Of a stretch of DNA of 64,000 bases, positions 27,901-37,852 are shown in pieces. The first letter of the stretch is position 1; each line of letters starts with the position of its first letter. Position numbers and translations under genes: made by a program. The notes beneath the pieces are model-generated. The model was not told the DNA's origin and ran no database searches. It was given only the letters and a program-made list of their open reading frames with translations. The stretch lies in the IMG/VR virus record IMGVR_UViG_3300047557_002530. One strand, given 5' to 3'. The stretch is from a virus. Lineage: Duplodnaviria > Caudoviricetes.

Positions 27901-30620
27901 TAACAACCGCAAGTTCTTATAATCAATTTGATTATTGCGATATTCAATCGGTCAATGGTATAAGAAATACGGATATTATTGACATTAGACCAAGAGTTTC
28001 TAACTTTACTGTAACCACATCTTCATTATCTCCATTTGAGTTTAATGCAAGATCATTTACTTCAAGTGGCAATTCTGCTTCCAGTATTTTGGCATCTGAC
28101 GAATCCATCTTATTTGATTACTCATATTATCTACCAAGAATAGATAAGATTTATCTAACTAAAGATGGTGTTTTCCAACTAAACAAAGGAGAACCCGCAG
28201 ATAATCCTCAACCACCAATTGATATTGATGATGCACTTGATATTGCAACTATTACTCTACCTGCATACTTATGTGATGTCAATGATGCAAGTTTAAATCT
28301 TGCAGAACACAAGAGATATAGAATGAAAGACATTCATTCTCTTGAAAATAGAATTAAAAATCTAGAATACTATACTTCACTATCACTTTTAGAGTCTGAC
28401 ACATCAAATCTATTTGTTAGAGATGTAAACGGTCTTAATAGATTTAAGTCCGGATTCTTTGTAGATGATTTTTCTACAACTTCGACTCAGAAAAAAGTAA
28501 CTATCGTAAAAAATAGTATTGATGTCATTAATTCCGAATTAAGACCTGCACCATATACAACAGAAGTTGACCTAATTTTGGGTTCAAACTCTCTTATTGG
28601 ATTGGGAGTTACTTCAACAAATGTAGATCCAAACTTTGTAAGCGATTTGATAGGCACAAATGTCAAAAAGACTGGTGGACTTATTACTCTAGATTATTAT
28701 GAAGTTGAAGAAATAAATCAACCATACGCAACAAGAGTTGAATCTGTTGCCCCATACCGTGTTGGTTATTATGGCGGAACTATTAACCTCACTCCATCTT
28801 CTGATATTTGGGTTGATGTAGTGAGACTGGCGGCAAACAGTACAGAAGTTGCCACAAACTACATTCAATCAGAATCCCAAATTGTTGCTTCAGAACTAGA
28901 CAGTCAAAGTGGATTTGGTCCAGTAACTTGGGGTTCTTGGGAAACTGTTTGGACTGGATCTACAACAGCGGTAGATTCACGAACAGTTAATGTTGGATAT
29001 TATATTATTAAGGAAGATTTGGAAACGGTAACTAAAACAGGAACAACCACAAGATCTGGTGTTAGAAAAATCACTAAAGAAGAGTTGAAGAATGTTTCGT
29101 TAGGTGATACTGTACTAAGTACAGATATTAGTTCCTTTATGAGATCTAGAAACATTGAGTTTGTTTCTAGAAGATTAAAACCATTTACTAGGGTTTATAC
29201 CTTCTTCAATGGGATTGATGTTAATAAGTTTGTTACTCCCAAACTACTTGAAATCACAATGACTTCAGGCACTTTCCAAGTCGGAGAGACTATTGAAGGC
29301 AATATTGAACTTTCTACTGCACCTGGATTTGCTAACTTGAATGTTGCGCCAGTTAAACCAGATCCCAAAATAACGTTTAGAGTTGCAACATCAAATCACA
29401 AATATGGTCCATTTAATGCACCAACTGAAGTATTTACTGCAAACCCATACAACTCATCGCAACCCATACCAGAAACTTATTCTTCAACTTCGACCATTCT
29501 AAACGTAGATACATTTAGTCTTTCTCAACAAGCACAAGGTGATTTCTTTGGTTACGTCCAAACAGGAATGAAACTAAGAGGTTTAACAAGTGGCGCTGAA
29601 GCAGTGGTTTCTAATATCAGATTGATTACAGATACTATTGGTGTCTTAATTGGATCTTTTTATATTCCAAATCCAAATGTTTTTGGAAATCCAAGATTTG
29701 AAACAGGTTCTAAATTGTTTAGGATCACCAATAGCCCTTCAAACTCACTTATCGATTCGACTACAACGAGTGCAGAAGAGAAATTCTATTCGGAAGGTAA
29801 GATTAATAGAGTTCAAGAAAATATTCTTTCTGTCAGAACAGTAAGAACAGAAACTCAAACAGTTACAGAAAGTAGAACTGAGAGTCTCACTGGGCCAACA
29901 GCAGTGGTTGCTACTACTATTGTTGGCAATACACTACCTCCTTATGTACCACCAGCTCCACCGGTTGTGCCCGCAGATCCACCAACGCAAGTTGATTACG
30001 AGCAAGAACCAGCTCCATCTTCATATCCTCCAGTTCAGGACACTCCAGTTGGTCCAACTGGACCAACTGGACCAACTGGACCAACCGAGACTAGTGGACC
30101 AATTACACCAACTGGAAGTGTTGAACCATTGCCTACTAAAAATGAAACCGCTGCAGGAGGAGGGTCTTGTAAACCGGGAATGGAATATCTTAATACATCA
30201 ACAACTATTGGGTCATACAGATATCAAAGTAACATTTACGCAGGAGAAACAACAGCATTCTCTATTCCTCTACAAACTGTTAAGGGCAAAACTTGGGCTC
30301 AAATTGCAGACAAGAGTGGCAAAAAAGCAGCAAATAAAGCATTTAAAAATTGTGGTATAAAACCAACCACTACCGACAAATCAACTTCTTTACAGCAACA
30401 AGCGATTAATTTTAAAACAACTAAAAAGCAGAAAAATGAATTGCCATTAAAAGGTGCTCCTGGTGCTGCTGGTGCTGTTAGAAAACAATTAGAACAAGAT
30501 AAAATTATTAAACCACAAAAAACAAGAGGACCAGGAGGATTGCTATCAATTACTCCAACGACAATAAATAATGTTCCTGCAGGTAAAGGCAAGAAAAATA
30601 CAAATAAAAATAGAAGATAA
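24951..30620 (+). CDS. VrlC-like (DUF4815) virion structural protein, N-terminal part
   Basis: MPQQTNLNVSPYFDDFD..YYRVLFKPGYPIQARELTTLQS, APGADRL, HKRYRMKDI..LENRIKNLEYYTSLSLLE. Confidence 0.85.
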   Translation: MPQQTNLNVSPYFDDFDREDQYYRVLFKPGYPIQARELTTLQSMLQSQIEQVGDHFFKEGSVVIPGNINYIDNYYAVELQESYLGVNILSYLPYLIGKTIRGASSGVRASVVGVLSSEDSERGNNTIYVNFLNSDVASNSYQGFSSNEVLLVESGVSEQNTLDIERNTIIQANEGFAATISSNPNSIGSAVSLSEGVYYLRGHFVTVDEQTIILDQYSNNPSYRVGLDVFEVIETPDDNIDLNDNAQGFSNYAAPGADRLSIVAILTKIPVNDPNPVATPNFVQLLEVRNGILQRQINNPDYNVIEKELARRTYDESGNYYVKSPSVSVKETLDDLKGNGGVFKENQLTYNNNKASDDLATYTISPLKAFVSGYEIDVVGTTYLDFEKPRTTKLLEDQSINYVTGPTYTLNRVYGSPALGISTSYSLSLRNSRVGSNSISSPGKEIGLARVYDFALESGSYNTSTPNANEWDIALYDIQTYTEISLNEPITLTTPTYIKGKSSGAVGFLRYNASNSGIITAYNTKGTFVIGEKFIFDGIENTRVSTAVTAYSTSDVKSLYGIVGSASTFTADVKQSTLANVGQVQITATGGGISTVTSADFIFTGIATVGNIVAFSNPGLSANTFAKIETVSQSAITISGITTVIGVCDGGLPTTTINPSDFRILFSNFQSSVDNTLYTTLPKRNIASVDLTNSALTVRKQYNVTISTNSTNTIIAESDETFLPYDEERYVLITDNGTTESLSSDKLVFSSGGREITINGLSTSSGTGKLIATLRKVDIDSKVKNKNRIQSVIVDKSKYQYSGTGTTTNNDGLTYGTYPYGTRVQDEEICLLQPDVTVLYGIYESNDTSDAELPSLTLTTINGPTAKTDDLLIGEEFVGSLSGAVGVYAERLNALQVSYVARNSNKFQVNEVVTFKESGITATITAVNGGDNNIISNYIFDNGQRETIYDYARIIRKASAKEPTRKLKIIFESASFSSSDSGDLTTASSYNQFDYCDIQSVNGIRNTDIIDIRPRVSNFTVTTSSLSPFEFNARSFTSSGNSASSILASDESILFDYSYYLPRIDKIYLTKDGVFQLNKGEPADNPQPPIDIDDALDIATITLPAYLCDVNDASLNLAEHKRYRMKDIHSLENRIKNLEYYTSLSLLESDTSNLFVRDVNGLNRFKSGFFVDDFSTTSTQKKVTIVKNSIDVINSELRPAPYTTEVDLILGSNSLIGLGVTSTNVDPNFVSDLIGTNVKKTGGLITLDYYEVEEINQPYATRVESVAPYRVGYYGGTINLTPSSDIWVDVVRLAANSTEVATNYIQSESQIVASELDSQSGFGPVTWGSWETVWTGSTTAVDSRTVNVGYYIIKEDLETVTKTGTTTRSGVRKITKEELKNVSLGDTVLSTDISSFMRSRNIEFVSRRLKPFTRVYTFFNGIDVNKFVTPKLLEITMTSGTFQVGETIEGNIELSTAPGFANLNVAPVKPDPKITFRVATSNHKYGPFNAPTEVFTANPYNSSQPIPETYSSTSTILNVDTFSLSQQAQGDFFGYVQTGMKLRGLTSGAEAVVSNIRLITDTIGVLIGSFYIPNPNVFGNPRFETGSKLFRITNSPSNSLIDSTTTSAEEKFYSEGKINRVQENILSVRTVRTETQTVTESRTESLTGPTAVVATTIVGNTLPPYVPPAPPVVPADPPTQVDYEQEPAPSSYPPVQDTPVGPTGPTGPTGPTETSGPITPTGSVEPLPTKNETAAGGGSCKPGMEYLNTSTTIGSYRYQSNIYAGETTAFSIPLQTVKGKTWAQIADKSGKKAANKAFKNCGIKPTTTDKSTSLQQQAINFKTTKKQKNELPLKGAPGAAGAVRKQLEQDKIIKPQKTRGPGGLLSITPTTINNVPAGKGKKNTNKNRR

Positions 30621-30629
30621 AACGTTATT

Positions 30630-30637
30630 AATAAATA
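30630..30637 (+). promoter_or_regulatory. late promoter between the two VrlC-like ORFs
   Basis: AATAAATA in the 55-nt gap. Confidence 0.5.
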
Positions 30638-30675
30638 TATTATATTGGATCCAATCAGAAAGGTAAAAAAATAAA

Positions 30676-33177
30676 ATGAAAATAATAGATCCTTTGGCTC
30701 AATCTTTTTATGTTGAACCGGAAAGTGGCATTTTTGCCACTTCCGTTGATTTATATTTTTATTCAAGAGATCCAGAACTTCCAGTAACTATTCAGTTAAG
30801 ACCCATGCAATTGGGTCTTCCAACTAGTGAGGTTTATCCATTTAGTGAAGTGGTAATTGACCCAAAGGATATTCAAATTTCCGAAGATGCATCTTTACCA
30901 ACTAGAGTTACTTTTGAATCTCCAGTCTATCTTGCAGGAAAACAGTTTCATGCATTAGCAATTTTATCAAACTCTAGCGTTTATAACGTATGGATTTCAA
31001 GATTAACTGAGATTGATGTCAGTACTACTGCTCTCGCAGAGCAAGAGCAAGTTTTAGTTTCTAAACAACCATTAAGTGGTTCATTATTTAAGTCGCAAAA
31101 TGGATCTACCTGGACTCCGAGCCAATTTGAAGATTTAAAATTTAAGTTAAACAGAGCAAACTTTGTAGGAAGTGGAAATATAAACTTTTATAATCCAAAT
31201 TTAAGTCTGGGTAACAATCAAGTAGCTACATTAGTAAGAGACTCCTTAGAGGTAACTTCTAAAAAAGTTAAAGTTGGAATTGGAACTACAATTGCAACAT
31301 CAAATCTTCCCACTTTGGGAAATACAATCATCCAACAAAATAGCAATGCTACAGGCAATTTTGTTGGATATGCGGGATCTGCATTCGGAACTCTAGGAAT
31401 TATTAATGCGGGAATTGGATATACGCCTTCTTCAGGATCTTTTGTATTTAATAATGTTGTACTGAATACAATAACTGGAGATGGTAGAGATGCAAGAGCA
31501 AATATTACTATAACAAATGGAGTTGCAGTAGCTGCAACAATCTCAAATGGTGGAACTGGATACTCCACAGGAGACGTATTGGGAATATCAACGATCGGTG
31601 CACAAAATCTTGGTAGAAACTTAAGACTGTCTGTTTCAGAAGTTTCTGGAGTAAATCAACTAATTATAGATCAAGTTCAAGGAGAATATATTACTGGTGT
31701 CGGAAACACTGTAAGATATGTGAATAATGCAGGAGTTTCTACAGATTTAAATGGCACTGGCGGAAATGTTATCATTCCTATTGGAGGAATAGAAACAATA
31801 TCTGATGGATTGCATATCAAGGTTTACCACAAAAATCATGGAATGAATTCTTCCCAGAATTTGGTAACAATAAGTAATGCAATATCCGATTTGAAACCAA
31901 CTAAACTTTTTAGTAATTATTCATCAACTTCAACTGACAGTATTCCCGTAGAAAGTATTTCTATCGCTAACTTTGATACTTTTGAGAATGTTTCTGTTGC
32001 ATCTACAAATCCAGGATACATTAGAATTGACAATGAAATTATTTCTTATACTGGAGTAAATACTTCAGTATCACCACCTCTTTTAACTGGTATAACCAGA
32101 TCTATCGATCAAACAAAGTCATTTAGTTATAGTGCAGGGACATTAGTATACAAATATGAACTTGCCTCTGTTTCTCTACGTCGTATTAATAGGACGCATA
32201 ATTTAGCAGACGCAACTGTTTCGGAACCATATGATCTTGATTATTATCATGTTAAGTTAGATATGAGTGATCAAAGTTCTACAATGACAAATAGGACTCT
32301 ATCGACTGGATATCCAAAGTTATTCATAAATCAAACAAAATCAACTGGCGGTTCGGAAATAAATGCAACCCAGAATATACCTTTTGAAATTGTTAAACCA
32401 GTAGTACAAACAATGTCTTTGAGAGGAACTAATATCAATGCGGCACTAAGAACTGTTAGTGGAAGCAGCGTTGATGGAAATGAAATTCCATTTATCGACC
32501 AGGGATTCGAACAGATCAACTTAAATGCTACAAATTATTTAAGTACCCCAAGAGTTGTTGCATCAAAGGTAAATGAAAATTCAAAAACAACGAATTTGCC
32601 TGCCAACAAATCTCTTACTTTAAACTTAAATCTTTCAACAACAAATGCATACGTATCTCCAGTAATTGACTTGGATAGAGTTGGAATGATTTTCACTTCC
32701 AACAGAGTAAATAATGCAATATCTAATTATGCCACTGATGATAGAGTATCAACTTTAAAAGATGATCCCTCATCTTTTGTCTATGCAACAAAGCCAATTT
32801 CATTAGAAACCCCAGCATCATCTATAAAAGTAATACTAAGTGCATATATTAACACTTATAGTGATATTAGGTGTTTATACGCAATAACTGATGACCCTAA
32901 TTCAGATTTAATCTACTATCCTTTCCCAGGATATACCAATTTAACTTCCAGTGGAGATATAATAAGTTTGTCTGATAGTAATGGATTGCCAGACAAAATG
33001 GTTTCTAAAACTGATTTAATTGGATTTGATAGTGATGTTCTTGACTTTAGGGAGTATGAATTCACTATCGATAATCTGCCAGCATTTAGATATTTTGGCA
33101 TCAAGCTTGTTGGAACCTCAACAAATCAAGCATATCCACCAAGATATAAAGATTTGAGAATTATAGCATTGGCATAA
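30676..33177 (+). CDS. VrlC-like protein, C-terminal part (separate ORF)
   Basis: Begins MKIIDPLAQSFYV; GSLFKSQNGSTWTPSQFEDLKF; ends PPRYKDLRIIALA. Confidence 0.85.
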   Translation: MKIIDPLAQSFYVEPESGIFATSVDLYFYSRDPELPVTIQLRPMQLGLPTSEVYPFSEVVIDPKDIQISEDASLPTRVTFESPVYLAGKQFHALAILSNSSVYNVWISRLTEIDVSTTALAEQEQVLVSKQPLSGSLFKSQNGSTWTPSQFEDLKFKLNRANFVGSGNINFYNPNLSLGNNQVATLVRDSLEVTSKKVKVGIGTTIATSNLPTLGNTIIQQNSNATGNFVGYAGSAFGTLGIINAGIGYTPSSGSFVFNNVVLNTITGDGRDARANITITNGVAVAATISNGGTGYSTGDVLGISTIGAQNLGRNLRLSVSEVSGVNQLIIDQVQGEYITGVGNTVRYVNNAGVSTDLNGTGGNVIIPIGGIETISDGLHIKVYHKNHGMNSSQNLVTISNAISDLKPTKLFSNYSSTSTDSIPVESISIANFDTFENVSVASTNPGYIRIDNEIISYTGVNTSVSPPLLTGITRSIDQTKSFSYSAGTLVYKYELASVSLRRINRTHNLADATVSEPYDLDYYHVKLDMSDQSSTMTNRTLSTGYPKLFINQTKSTGGSEINATQNIPFEIVKPVVQTMSLRGTNINAALRTVSGSSVDGNEIPFIDQGFEQINLNATNYLSTPRVVASKVNENSKTTNLPANKSLTLNLNLSTTNAYVSPVIDLDRVGMIFTSNRVNNAISNYATDDRVSTLKDDPSSFVYATKPISLETPASSIKVILSAYINTYSDIRCLYAITDDPNSDLIYYPFPGYTNLTSSGDIISLSDSNGLPDKMVSKTDLIGFDSDVLDFREYEFTIDNLPAFRYFGIKLVGTSTNQAYPPRYKDLRIIALA

Positions 33178-33183
33178 TAAATT

Positions 33184-33411
33184 ATGAAATATTCTAAAGT
33201 TAACGGTCACTCCAATTTAATTAGAGATGAAGAAACTAAAGCAATTATTAACACAAACATGACAGATTACAATAACTATATTATGCAAAAAAGAATAAAA
33301 GAAAAAGAAAATCAAAAATTACAGAATCTTGAGAAAGATTTTGTTAACATGAAAGAAGATTTAAATGAAATCAAATCTTTACTCAGGAGTTTAATTGATG
33401 GACCCAAATAA
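33184..33411 (+). CDS. small coiled-coil hypothetical protein
   Basis: 75-aa ORF at a conserved-type position after the VrlC-like genes. Confidence 0.75.
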   Translation: MKYSKVNGHSNLIRDEETKAIINTNMTDYNNYIMQKRIKEKENQKLQNLEKDFVNMKEDLNEIKSLLRSLIDGPK

Positions 33412-33580
33412 TATAGAACTTGACAATTTAAGCAAAAGTTTTGAATACTTTAAAGTTTCATCAGAGATAGATAGTATAGATGATATCGTCCAATTAAAAA
33501 ATATTGCAAAATGTTATTATAAATTATACTTAAAACAACAAGAAGTAATTTCAAATTTAGGTGTTTTAAATGGCAGATAA
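33398..33580 (+). CDS. small hypothetical protein
   Basis: ATG 33398 (track start is TTG 33395); overlaps both neighbours. Confidence 0.7.
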   Translation: MDPNNIELDNLSKSFEYFKVSSEIDSIDDIVQLKNIAKCYYKLYLKQQEVISNLGVLNGR

Positions 33581-33956
33581 AAGAATAACTTTTGATGTAA
33601 CTTCAGGAACTCCAAGTTTTGTCAATTTAACTATTAACACTGGTGCCACATTTACTGCAAACTTTGCAGTAGTGAATACATCAAATTCTGCTTTTAATTT
33701 CTCTGGATGGACGGGATCATCTCAAATAGCAAAAAGTGTTTCTATTGGTTCTAGTTCATATGCTGCAGAAACATTTAATGTTGGATTTACTAGTGCTGCA
33801 GGTGGAAAATTTAATATATCTTTAGGATCAACCCAAACAAGGTCTTTAAAAGAAGGAAGATATGTTTATGATGTTCTTGTGAGTTCAGGTTCTACTGTAT
33901 ATAGAATTGTTGAAGGAAATATTTTAGTAAAACCTGGAATTTCCTCCGCACCATAA
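33570..33956 (+). CDS. small beta-rich virion structural protein
   Basis: L.I..GATF, GRYVYDVLV...RIVEG.ILV.PG pattern; lies just before gp13. Confidence 0.7.
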   Translation: MADKRITFDVTSGTPSFVNLTINTGATFTANFAVVNTSNSAFNFSGWTGSSQIAKSVSIGSSSYAAETFNVGFTSAAGGKFNISLGSTQTRSLKEGRYVYDVLVSSGSTVYRIVEGNILVKPGISSAP

Positions 33957-33978
33957 ATATTCTGAGAGGTATCAATAA

Positions 33979-34830
33979 ATGGCGCAACCATCTACTAGAC
34001 AAGAGTTAATAGATTACTGCAAAAGAAAACTGGGAGCGCCAGTTTTGGAAATTAATGTTGCAGATGAGCAGATTGAAGATCTTGTAGATGACGCAGTTCA
34101 GTTTTTCCAAGAAAGACATTTTGATGGCGTTTATCCAACATTTTATAAGTATAAGATAACGGCAGCAGATATTGCTCGGGGAAGAGCAAAGGGACTTGAT
34201 GCAACCAGTAATGTTGGCATCGTAACAACAACTGTCAATACAAATATCGTAGGTACTGCAGTAACTTTTACTTACAACGAAAATAGTAATTATTTACAAG
34301 TTCCTCCAAATGTAATTGGAATTAACAAAGTTTTTAGTTTTGATAGCTCAAACACAATTACTCACAATATGTTTAGTGTGAAATATCAGTTATTTCTAAA
34401 TGATGTTTATTATTGGGGAACAACGGAACTTCTAAGTTACGCTATGGTTAAAACATATTTGGAAGACTTAGATTTTCTATTAAATACTCAGAAACAAATT
34501 CGTTTCAACAAAAGACAAGATAGGTTATATCTAGACATCGATTGGGGAACTGTTAGCGAAAATAATTACTTTATTATTGACTGCTATTCAACATTGGACC
34601 CAAATGATTATTCAAGGGTTTGGAATGATTCTTTCATTAAACCGTATCTAACCTCATTAATTAAGAGGCAGTGGGGGCAAAATATGATGAAGTTTACTGG
34701 CGTAAAACTTCCAGGCGGAGTTGAGCTGAATGGAAGACAAATGTATGATGACGCGCAGAAAGAAATTGATATTTTGATGGAAAAAATGTCTAATACTTAT
34801 GAACTTCCACCTCTAGATATGATCGGATAA
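33979..34830 (+). CDS. gp13: neck protein gp13
   Basis: LIDYCKRKLGAPVLEINV..EQ..D, KRQWGQN..KF.GV.LPGGV.LNG; CATAAATA late promoter at 33952. Confidence 0.95.
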   Translation: MAQPSTRQELIDYCKRKLGAPVLEINVADEQIEDLVDDAVQFFQERHFDGVYPTFYKYKITAADIARGRAKGLDATSNVGIVTTTVNTNIVGTAVTFTYNENSNYLQVPPNVIGINKVFSFDSSNTITHNMFSVKYQLFLNDVYYWGTTELLSYAMVKTYLEDLDFLLNTQKQIRFNKRQDRLYLDIDWGTVSENNYFIIDCYSTLDPNDYSRVWNDSFIKPYLTSLIKRQWGQNMMKFTGVKLPGGVELNGRQMYDDAQKEIDILMEKMSNTYELPPLDMIG

Positions 34831-34831
34831 A

Positions 34832-36208
34832 ATGTTAAATCCATTCTTTCTACAAGGTTCTTCTTCAGAACAAGGTCTAATACAAGATCTGATAAACGAA
34901 CAGATCAGAATGTATGGTGTTGAAATATATTATATTCCAAGAAAGTATATTACAGAAAAGACTGTAATAAAAGAGGTTATACAATCAAGATTTGACAATG
35001 CTTATCCTTTAGAAGCATATGTCAACAGTTATGATGGATATGGTGGAACAGGAACTATTTTATCAAAATTTGGTATTCAGGATCTTGATGATTTAACTTT
35101 AATAATTTCTAGAGAGAGATTTGAAACTTATATCAGCCCTCTTATAAAAAACTTAACTGATATAAAATTATCTACAAGACCTAAAGAGGGAGATTTAATT
35201 TATTTCCCATTGGGAGATAGGTTATTTGAGATCAAATATGTAGAGCACGAACAACCATTCTATCAACTTCAAAAAAATTATGTTTATGAATTACGATGCG
35301 AACTCTTCAGATATGAAGATGAGGTTGTTGATACTAGTATTGAAGAAATAGACGATAATATTCAAAATCAAGGTTATATTCAAACATTAACTGTAGTCGG
35401 AACAGCAATTACCGCAACAGCATTTACAAATATTGTAAATGGTGGTGTTAGATTCATTAGAGTATCTAATAGAGGAGGTGGATTTAATACAGCACCGAAG
35501 GTGGCAATTTCTTCTGCTCCATCTGGCGGATATACTGCAGTTGGTGTTGCAACGATGATCGACAACTTGATTGATTGTAATGGAACATCATCATTAAAAG
35601 TTCAAGGCGTTGAAGTAGTTAATTCTGGTTACGGTTATACAGTTGCTCCCGCTATTGCTTTTATTGGAGGTGGTGGAAGTGGTGTTGCGGCAACAGCAAT
35701 AATAGGTGATGGTATTGTTGGAATAGTTACAATAACAAACGGCGGTTCTGGTTATTCAGCATCACCAACAGTAACGTTTAGTGGTCCAGGGATAGGAACT
35801 ACTGCAGTTGGTTATGCTGTAGTTAGTGCTGCGGGCACAATTACTCAAATAAGACTAAGAGACGCGGGTATAGGATATACGACAGCACCAACTATTACCA
35901 TAGCAAGTCCAGGTTCAAGTGGATCCGGATCATTTAAGTACAATGAAATTGTGACAGGATCAGTTTCTGGAACAACTGCAAGAGTAAATTCTTGGGATTC
36001 AGATAATAATAAACTTGAAGTTTTTATTGTCAGTGGATCTTTTGCGTCAGGAGAAACTATTACGGGATCTACAAGCGGAGCATCATACAAATTAAGAACA
36101 CTAAAATCAGATAATTTAGTTGATCCTTATTCTCAAAATGACGTTATAGAGGAAGAGGCAGATAAAGTTATTGATTTTAGCGAATCAAATCCTTTTGGCA
36201 CATTGTGA
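34832..36208 (+). CDS. gp14: neck protein gp14 with inserted Gly-rich beta repeats
   Basis: EQ.LIQDLINEQIRMYGV, RPKEGDLIYFP, FEIKYVEHEQPFYQL, ends FSESNPFG. Confidence 0.93.
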   Translation: MLNPFFLQGSSSEQGLIQDLINEQIRMYGVEIYYIPRKYITEKTVIKEVIQSRFDNAYPLEAYVNSYDGYGGTGTILSKFGIQDLDDLTLIISRERFETYISPLIKNLTDIKLSTRPKEGDLIYFPLGDRLFEIKYVEHEQPFYQLQKNYVYELRCELFRYEDEVVDTSIEEIDDNIQNQGYIQTLTVVGTAITATAFTNIVNGGVRFIRVSNRGGGFNTAPKVAISSAPSGGYTAVGVATMIDNLIDCNGTSSLKVQGVEVVNSGYGYTVAPAIAFIGGGGSGVAATAIIGDGIVGIVTITNGGSGYSASPTVTFSGPGIGTTAVGYAVVSAAGTITQIRLRDAGIGYTTAPTITIASPGSSGSGSFKYNEIVTGSVSGTTARVNSWDSDNNKLEVFIVSGSFASGETITGSTSGASYKLRTLKSDNLVDPYSQNDVIEEEADKVIDFSESNPFGTL

Positions 36209-36243
36209 CTTAAATAAATATTATATAAAATTTAAATAATAAA

Positions 36244-37245
36244 ATGTTTGAATATTTCTACAACGAAATTTTTAGAAAGACAATTGTGTCTTTTGGATCT
36301 TTATTTAATGATATTACTATAAAGCATAAAGACAGTTCTGGTTCTAATGTTAGTGTAATAAAAGTTCCTTTGGCGTATGGTCCAACTCAAAAATTTCTAG
36401 CTAGATTAGAACAATCCCCAGATTTAAATAAACCAGTTCAAATAACATTACCAAGAATGTCTTTTGAACTGGTTGGCATATCTTATGATGGTTCTAGAAA
36501 ATCTTCAACAGTTCAAACATTTCTATCTCCATCTGTTTCTGATGGAACTCAACAAAGAAAAACATATCTTCCGGTACCATACAATCTTGATTTTGAACTA
36601 AGCATATTCACAAAGTTGAATGATGATATGCTTCAAATCATCGAACAAATCTTACCATATTTTCAACCAGCATATAATATTACAATTGATTTAATCACAG
36701 AAATAGGCGAAAAGAGAGATGTACCAGTTATTTTAAACAGCATATCTATGAGCGATGATTATGAAGGTGATTTTTCACAAAGAAGGTCTTTGATTTATAC
36801 GTTAAGATTTACTGCAAAAACATATCTTTTTGGTCCATCTTCTTCTGTTTCTACCGATATTATCAAAAAAGTTTCTATTGGACTTATTTCTGGAGATTCT
36901 ACTTCAACTCCAACAAGAGAAGTTGTCTACTCAATAGAACCAAGAGCTACTAAAAATTATACCGGCAATATTACTACAAATCTATCCAAGAATATATCTA
37001 ATATAGATACTCTTGTTGAAGTTAATGATGCTTCATCTATTGCAGTCAATACTTACATTTATATAGATGAAGAAGAAATGTATGTTGATAAAAAAGCAGA
37101 TAATGTACTTACTGTTACAAGAGGTGCAGACAATACAAAAGCATCTTCCCATGTTTTAGGATCTGCAGTTTATAGAATAACTGCTGAGGATAATGCTTTG
37201 ATTAAAACTGGAGATGACTTTGGATTTAGCGAGAATATCTTATGA
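36244..37245 (+). CDS. gp15: tail sheath stabiliser/terminator gp15
   Basis: YFYNEIFRK.IV.FG.LFN, VPLAYGP.QKFLARL, LPRMSFE, PVPYN; AATAAATA at 36213. Confidence 0.95.
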   Translation: MFEYFYNEIFRKTIVSFGSLFNDITIKHKDSSGSNVSVIKVPLAYGPTQKFLARLEQSPDLNKPVQITLPRMSFELVGISYDGSRKSSTVQTFLSPSVSDGTQQRKTYLPVPYNLDFELSIFTKLNDDMLQIIEQILPYFQPAYNITIDLITEIGEKRDVPVILNSISMSDDYEGDFSQRRSLIYTLRFTAKTYLFGPSSSVSTDIIKKVSIGLISGDSTSTPTREVVYSIEPRATKNYTGNITTNLSKNISNIDTLVEVNDASSIAVNTYIYIDEEEMYVDKKADNVLTVTRGADNTKASSHVLGSAVYRITAEDNALIKTGDDFGFSENIL

Positions 37246-37673
37246 AAATGACAAAGAAATTTGACGAGATTAATAAAACTTTCAATGTTGATGCGGAAAT
37301 AGTTCCCGTAGAAACCGAAAAAATTTCTACCGAAATTGAAAAGATATCTTCTGTTGCAGATGATGTTAAAAAAGATTATGAGTATACAAGAGGAAATCTT
37401 TATTCAATTATAGAAAAAGGACAAGAAGCAATTAATGGAATTTTAGAACTAGCTCAAGAAAGTGAGATGCCTAGAGCATATGAAGTTGCAGGACAACTGA
37501 TTAAAAATGTTGCAGATGCAACTGATAAATTGATGGATTTGCAGAAGAAACTAAAGGATATAGAAGAGGAAAAAGTTGGCAAGAGTCCCACAACTGTCAA
37601 TAATGCTTTGTTTGTTGGGTCTACCGCAGAATTGGCTAAACTTTTAAAAAACAATGAACTAGACAAACAATGA
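37242..37673 (+). CDS. gp16: terminase small subunit gp16
   Basis: DYEYTRGNLY, PRAYEVAGQLIKNVAD, TVNNALFVGSTAEL; lies between gp15 and gp17. Confidence 0.85.
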   Translation: MKMTKKFDEINKTFNVDAEIVPVETEKISTEIEKISSVADDVKKDYEYTRGNLYSIIEKGQEAINGILELAQESEMPRAYEVAGQLIKNVADATDKLMDLQKKLKDIEEEKVGKSPTTVNNALFVGSTAELAKLLKNNELDKQ

Positions 37674-37852
37674 ACTCAGAACTCCAAGAATTCTTTTCGT
37701 TAATTGGCAAAGCAAAAAAGGAAAAGGACGATGAGTTTAAATCTCTTGTCGGCGAAATTAATATTGATTCTAGATTTCTAAGACTCCTGGCATATCCAAA
37801 TTCTTCAAACACAACAATATTTAAAGTTATTATTACTACAATTAAATCATGA
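37670..37852 (+). CDS. short hypothetical protein, possibly internally deleted
   Basis: 60-aa ORF whose two halves differ in composition. Confidence 0.5.
   Translation: MNSELQEFFSLIGKAKKEKDDEFKSLVGEINIDSRFLRLLAYPNSSNTTIFKVIITTIKS

Noticed and set aside
30560-30700. Programmed frameshift or readthrough joining the two VrlC-like ORFs
   Set aside because: The frames differ, the second frame has a stop at 30664, and a late promoter lies in the gap. Independent genes are the simpler reading.
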